Part shown: one piece after another, positions 59,545 through 64,000 of the stretch
How positions within the stretch are numbered: position 1 is the first letter of the stretch
How the letters are laid out: every line of letters starts with the position of its first letter
NCBI GenBank assembly: GCA_950097015.1
Contig: CATNEN010000001.1
Location: 26,040,001 to 26,104,000 of the forward strand
Source: Macrostomum hystrix
Taxonomy: Eukaryota > Animalia > Platyhelminthes
DNA: 64,000 nucleotides
Direction: 5' to 3'
The notes under the pieces: generated by a model
Databases searched by the model: none
Told to the model about the DNA's origin: nothing
Seen by the model: the letters and a program-made list of their open reading frames with translations, nothing else
Program-made: the position numbers and the translations under genes

Positions 59545-60215
59545 GAAGAGCGTTAACAAGTAGAGCGTTAACCAGTAGAGCGTTAACCAGTAGAGCGTTA
59601 ACCAGTAGAGCGTTAACCAGTAGAGCGTTAACCAGTAGAGCGCTAACCAGTAGAGCGTTAACCAGTAGAGCGCTAACCAGTAGAGCGCTAACCAGTAGAG
59701 CGAACACAAATAGAGCGTTAACCAGTAGAGCGTTAACCAGTAGAGCGTTAACCAGTAGAGCGTTAACCAGTAGAGCGTTAACCAGTAGAGCGCTAACCAG
59801 TAGAGCGTTAACCAGTAGAGCGCTAACCAGTAGAGCGTTAACCAGTAGAGCGTTAACCAGTAGAGCGCTAACCAGTAGAGCGTTAACCAGTAGAGCGCTA
59901 ACCAGTAGAGCGCTAACCAGTAGAGCGTTAACCAGTAGAAATGAAACTGTTAGAATGCTAACAAATAGATAGTTAACTAGTAAAGCGTTAACAAATCGAG
60001 CATTAAAAGTAGAGTGCTAACAAATAGAGCGTTAACAAATAGAGCGTTAAAAAATAGAGCGTTAACAAATAGAGCGTTAACAAATAGAGCGTTAAAAATA
60101 GAGCGTTAACAAATAGAGCGTTAACAAATAGAGCGTTAACAAATAGAGCGTTAACAAATAGAGCGTTAACAAATAGAGCGTTAACAAATAGAGCGTTAAC
60201 AAATAGAGCGTTAAC
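59545..60215. repeat. 15-bp minisatellite (tagagcgttaaccag / tagagcgttaacaaa)n
   Basis: Visible; two variant blocks. Confidence 0.95.
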
Positions 60216-60546
60216 CAGTGCAGCGTTAAGAAATAATCTAACTAGTGCATAAATTATCTAGTTTCAACTAGCTGCTTCAGTACAAATTTCAATAATTTTC
60301 ATTTGTTTCTGAAACTGAACACTTTAACCTGCAAGGCTAGGATTGCGGCTTTGCAAACATGTGAAACAGTTGATTACCGGTCTGTTCTCATGACCTCACG
60401 GACAAGTTGTGAGTCAGTTGAGCTCACACAGGAAAATGTCTGTTATAAAAACGGAAGACCCGTTGGCAAACACATCGTGAAACTCCAGTGAGTGGGTAGA
60501 TTGATGGCCTAGCCCATAGCTACATGGGAAATAACACTGCACTGCA

Positions 60547-61467
60547 ACTGACTGACTGGCTGGCTGGCTGGCTGGCTGACTGACTGACTGACTGACTGAC
60601 TGGCTGACTGACTGACTGACTGACTGACTGACTGACTGACTGGCTGGCTGACTGACTGACTGACTGACTGACTGACTGACTGACTGACTGACTGACTGAC
60701 TGACTGACTGACTGACTGGCTGACTGACTGACTGACTGACTGACTGACTGGCTGACTGACTGACTGACTGACTGACTGACTGACTGACTGACTGGCTGGC
60801 TGACTGACTGACTGACTGACTGACTGACTGGCTGACTGACTGACTGGCTGGGTGACTGACTGACTGACTGACTGAATGACTGACTGAATGACTGACTGGC
60901 TGACTGACTGACTGAATAACTGACTGACTGACTGACTGACTGACTGAATAACTGACTGACTGACTGACTGACTGACTGACTGACTGACTGACTGACTGGC
61001 TGACTGACTGACTGACTGACTGACTGACTGGCTGACTGACTGACTGACTGACTGACTGACTGACTGGCTGGCTGACTGACTGACTGACTGACTGACTGAC
61101 TGACTGACTGACTGACTGACTGACTGACTGACTGGCTGGCTGGCCGACTGACTGGCTGGCTGACTGACTGACTGACTGACTGGCTGGCTGGCCGACTGAC
61201 TGGCTGGCTGACTGACTGACTGGCTGACTGGCTGGCTGGCCGACTGACTGACTGACTGACTGGCTGGCTGGCCGACTGACTGGCTGGCTGACTGACTGAC
61301 TGACTGACTGGCTGGCTGGCCGACTGACTGGCTGGCTGACTGACTGACTGGCTGACTGACTGACTGACTGACTGACTGACTGACTGACTGACTGACTGAC
61401 TGACTGACTGACTGGCTGGCTGGCTGGCCGACTGACTGACTGACTGACTGACTGACTGACTGACTGG
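60547..61467. repeat. (GACT/GGCT)n microsatellite
   Basis: Visible. Confidence 0.98.
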
Positions 61468-61849
61468 CACTTTTGCACTATTGGGGATAAAAGAGCTTTC
61501 TTAGAGTTCAGAAGCCGAATGCAATGATTGAAAGTGTAGCACTCAGGTTGGGTTTAATCTGGACCCCGGATCTTATGTGAGGGACCCTCGTCCTAAAATT
61601 TCTATCTAGATTTTGCATTCTGGAGAGACAGACCGCAGATTGAAGCTGGCCTCCTTTTATCTTGATTTCAATGCGCCTCCGACGAGTTTCCAAGAAATCT
61701 AGGGAATCTGGTTCTGCCCAGTTTAAACTCGGCTGAGTGTCAAGCGGACAGAAGGGAAAATATTTATTTGTAAATAAATTGCTTAGCTAAAGATAAACTT
61801 ATCTAATGGTTTGGAAATATGAAATGCTGACATGCACTTTATCATACTT

Positions 61850-62140
61850 CTATCACAAATCTCAGCTTATCCCAAATCTCGCATTATTCCGAATCTCGCA
61901 TTATCCCAAATCTCACAATATCCCAAATCTCCCATTATCCCAAATCTCACAATATCCCAAATCACACAATATCCCAAATCTCACAATATCCCAAATCTCT
62001 CATTATCCCAAATCTCACATTATCCCAAATCTCACAATATCCCGAATCTCGCATTATTCCAAATCTCACATTATCCCAAATCTCACAATATCCCAAATCT
62101 CACATTATCCCAAATCTCAGATTATCCCAAATATCAGATT
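61850..62140. repeat. 17-bp minisatellite (atcccaaatctcacaat)n
   Basis: Visible. Confidence 0.9.
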
Positions 62141-62504
62141 TTCCCAAAAGTCAGTACTATCCCTATCTCGTATTCGCACAATATTGCACTCAGCTATATC
62201 CCCTACTCAAATCCCTGTTTGGGGATCTAAAAACAGGTTAAAATTTACAGCCTTCCAGCCACCATAAAATCCTTCATTAAGAATGGCACGAGTTTCTCGT
62301 TGATTAAAAGCTTGGCTGGATACCAAACTCTGTTCCACTTATCAGATTAGTTCTGTTGTGTGACCCGCTTGCAGACCATTTGATCATTTATCTAAAATTT
62401 TAGCTTAATTTGCAAAACCAACTTTGCCTGCCTTGGACATTCATATTTTAAGTAAGCCTTCCAATTTAAAAGCTGTTTGATTAAGCTTTGACTCACCTAA
62501 AGAC

Positions 62505-63235
62505 ACTCGGATCCAGCCTTGACCCACATGAGGATCCAGCCTTGACCCACTGAAGATCCAGCCTTGACCCACTGAACATCCAGCCTTGACCCACTGAGGA
62601 TCCAGCCTTGACCCTCTGAACATCCAGTCTTGATCCACATGATGATCCAGCCTTGACCCACTGAGAATCCAGCCTTGACCCACAGCGGATCCAGCCTTGA
62701 CCCTCTGAACATCCAGTCTTGACCCACATGATGATCCAGCCTTGACCCACTGAGAATCCAGCCTTGACCCACTGAGAATCCAGCCTTGACCCACTGAGGA
62801 TCAAGCCTTGACCCTCTGAACATCCAGCCTTGACCCACTGAGGATCCAGCCTTGACCCTCTGAACATCCAGTCTTGATCCACATGATGATCCAGCCTTGA
62901 CCCACTGAGAATCCAGCCTTGACCCACTGAGGATCCAGCCTTGACCATCTGAACATCCAGTCTTGACCCACATGATGATCCAGCCTTGACCCACTGAGAA
63001 TCCAGCCTTGACCCACTGAGAATCCAGCCTTGACCCACTGAGAATCCAGCCTTGACCCACTGAGGATCAAGCCTTGACCCTCTGAACATCCAGTCTTGAC
63101 CCACATGATGATCCAGCCTTGACCCACATGATGATCCAGCCTTGACCCACATGATGATCCAGCCTTGACCCACTGAGAATCCAGCCTTGACCCACTGAGA
63201 ATCCAGCCTTGACCCACATGAGGATCCAGCATTGA
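62505..63235. repeat. 22-bp minisatellite (atccagccttgacccactgaga)n
   Basis: Visible, with higher-order variant patterning. Confidence 0.95.
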
Positions 63236-63591
63236 CTCAATGAGTACATTATCAACTGAGAGGTGCATATTAACTGCAATGAGAAATGGCTAGCTACAAG
63301 TTAATCAAATACAATACACAAAAACTCACCCGACCAGAGTGGATATTGCAGTCTAGATGCAGCAGATATTGAAAGCAGTCAGTCTTCCTTCAGGAATCTT
63401 CTCCAGCAGTTAATATGATCACTGAGCTATTTTAATGATAATATAGTTATTCAATCCAACCTCAGGAAGTTAAACCAGCGATCTTGATTCAGGCTGAAAA
63501 AACGGAATTGAAAGAGAAGCTTTTTGGGTTTGGCTGGGATGCGCAACAATGAGACAGGAAGTCTCACTCAGGTGGGACAATCAATCTCTGA

Positions 63592-63622
<31 letters not shown>

Positions 63623-64000
63623 AGACGGTAACAGAATCGAGGGAGAATTTCCCAGAGTTTGAGACTTTAAGCAATTTAAGCGGCAAATTCTTCAGTGACC
63701 CAGCGCTAGCCAATGGGAGAGCTGGGGTTACTCAAGAAACTACTCAACTGATGTTCCATTGGAGCAAAATCAATTATTATATTCCAAAACTCTTCTGCTG
63801 CTTCGATGAGTCTGAATTTGATCTTCTCTGAGCAGCGATCTGTGAGATGCGTCTGGGAGAACCTCTATGAGCATTGTGAAAATAATTGGGATCATATGAA
63901 AATTAAGAAGGATCTGAATGACAAGATCTGACGGCCAAAAAGATCAGGAGAACAGGAGAGAGAACAGGATCTGAAGGAGAGAGAACAGGATCTGAAGGAG

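Overview
Eukaryotic, intron-containing, repeat-rich animal DNA. GC-rich exons with poly-Ala/Gln/Gly tracts, minisatellite-filled introns and splice acceptors just upstream of start codons suggest a free-living flatworm such as Macrostomum (inference, not verified). Contents in order: (1) a cluster of four small secreted WSC + PAN/apple-like genes (0.7-11 kb: two intact, one pseudogene, one internally deleted mosaic); (2) a two-exon CCDC92-like gene; (3) a Merlin remnant and an internally deleted Helitron; (4) a seven-exon kinesin-6 (KIF20-like) gene; (5) a two-exon orphan single-pass membrane protein gene with a 10.3-kb intron; (6) a divergent Shaw/Kv3-like K+ channel gene; (7) an apparently intact 5.4-kb RNase H-bearing non-LTR retrotransposon with a 13-bp TSD. 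There are also hAT MITEs, two tRNA-derived SINE families and about 20 tandem arrays. The most unusual structure is a TTAGGG-containing 16-bp minisatellite inside the 10.3-kb intron. It carries four identical 119-bp copies of its own host gene's upstream splice acceptor and exon start. Exon models were built by hand from GT/AG sites and reading phase and need transcript confirmation.
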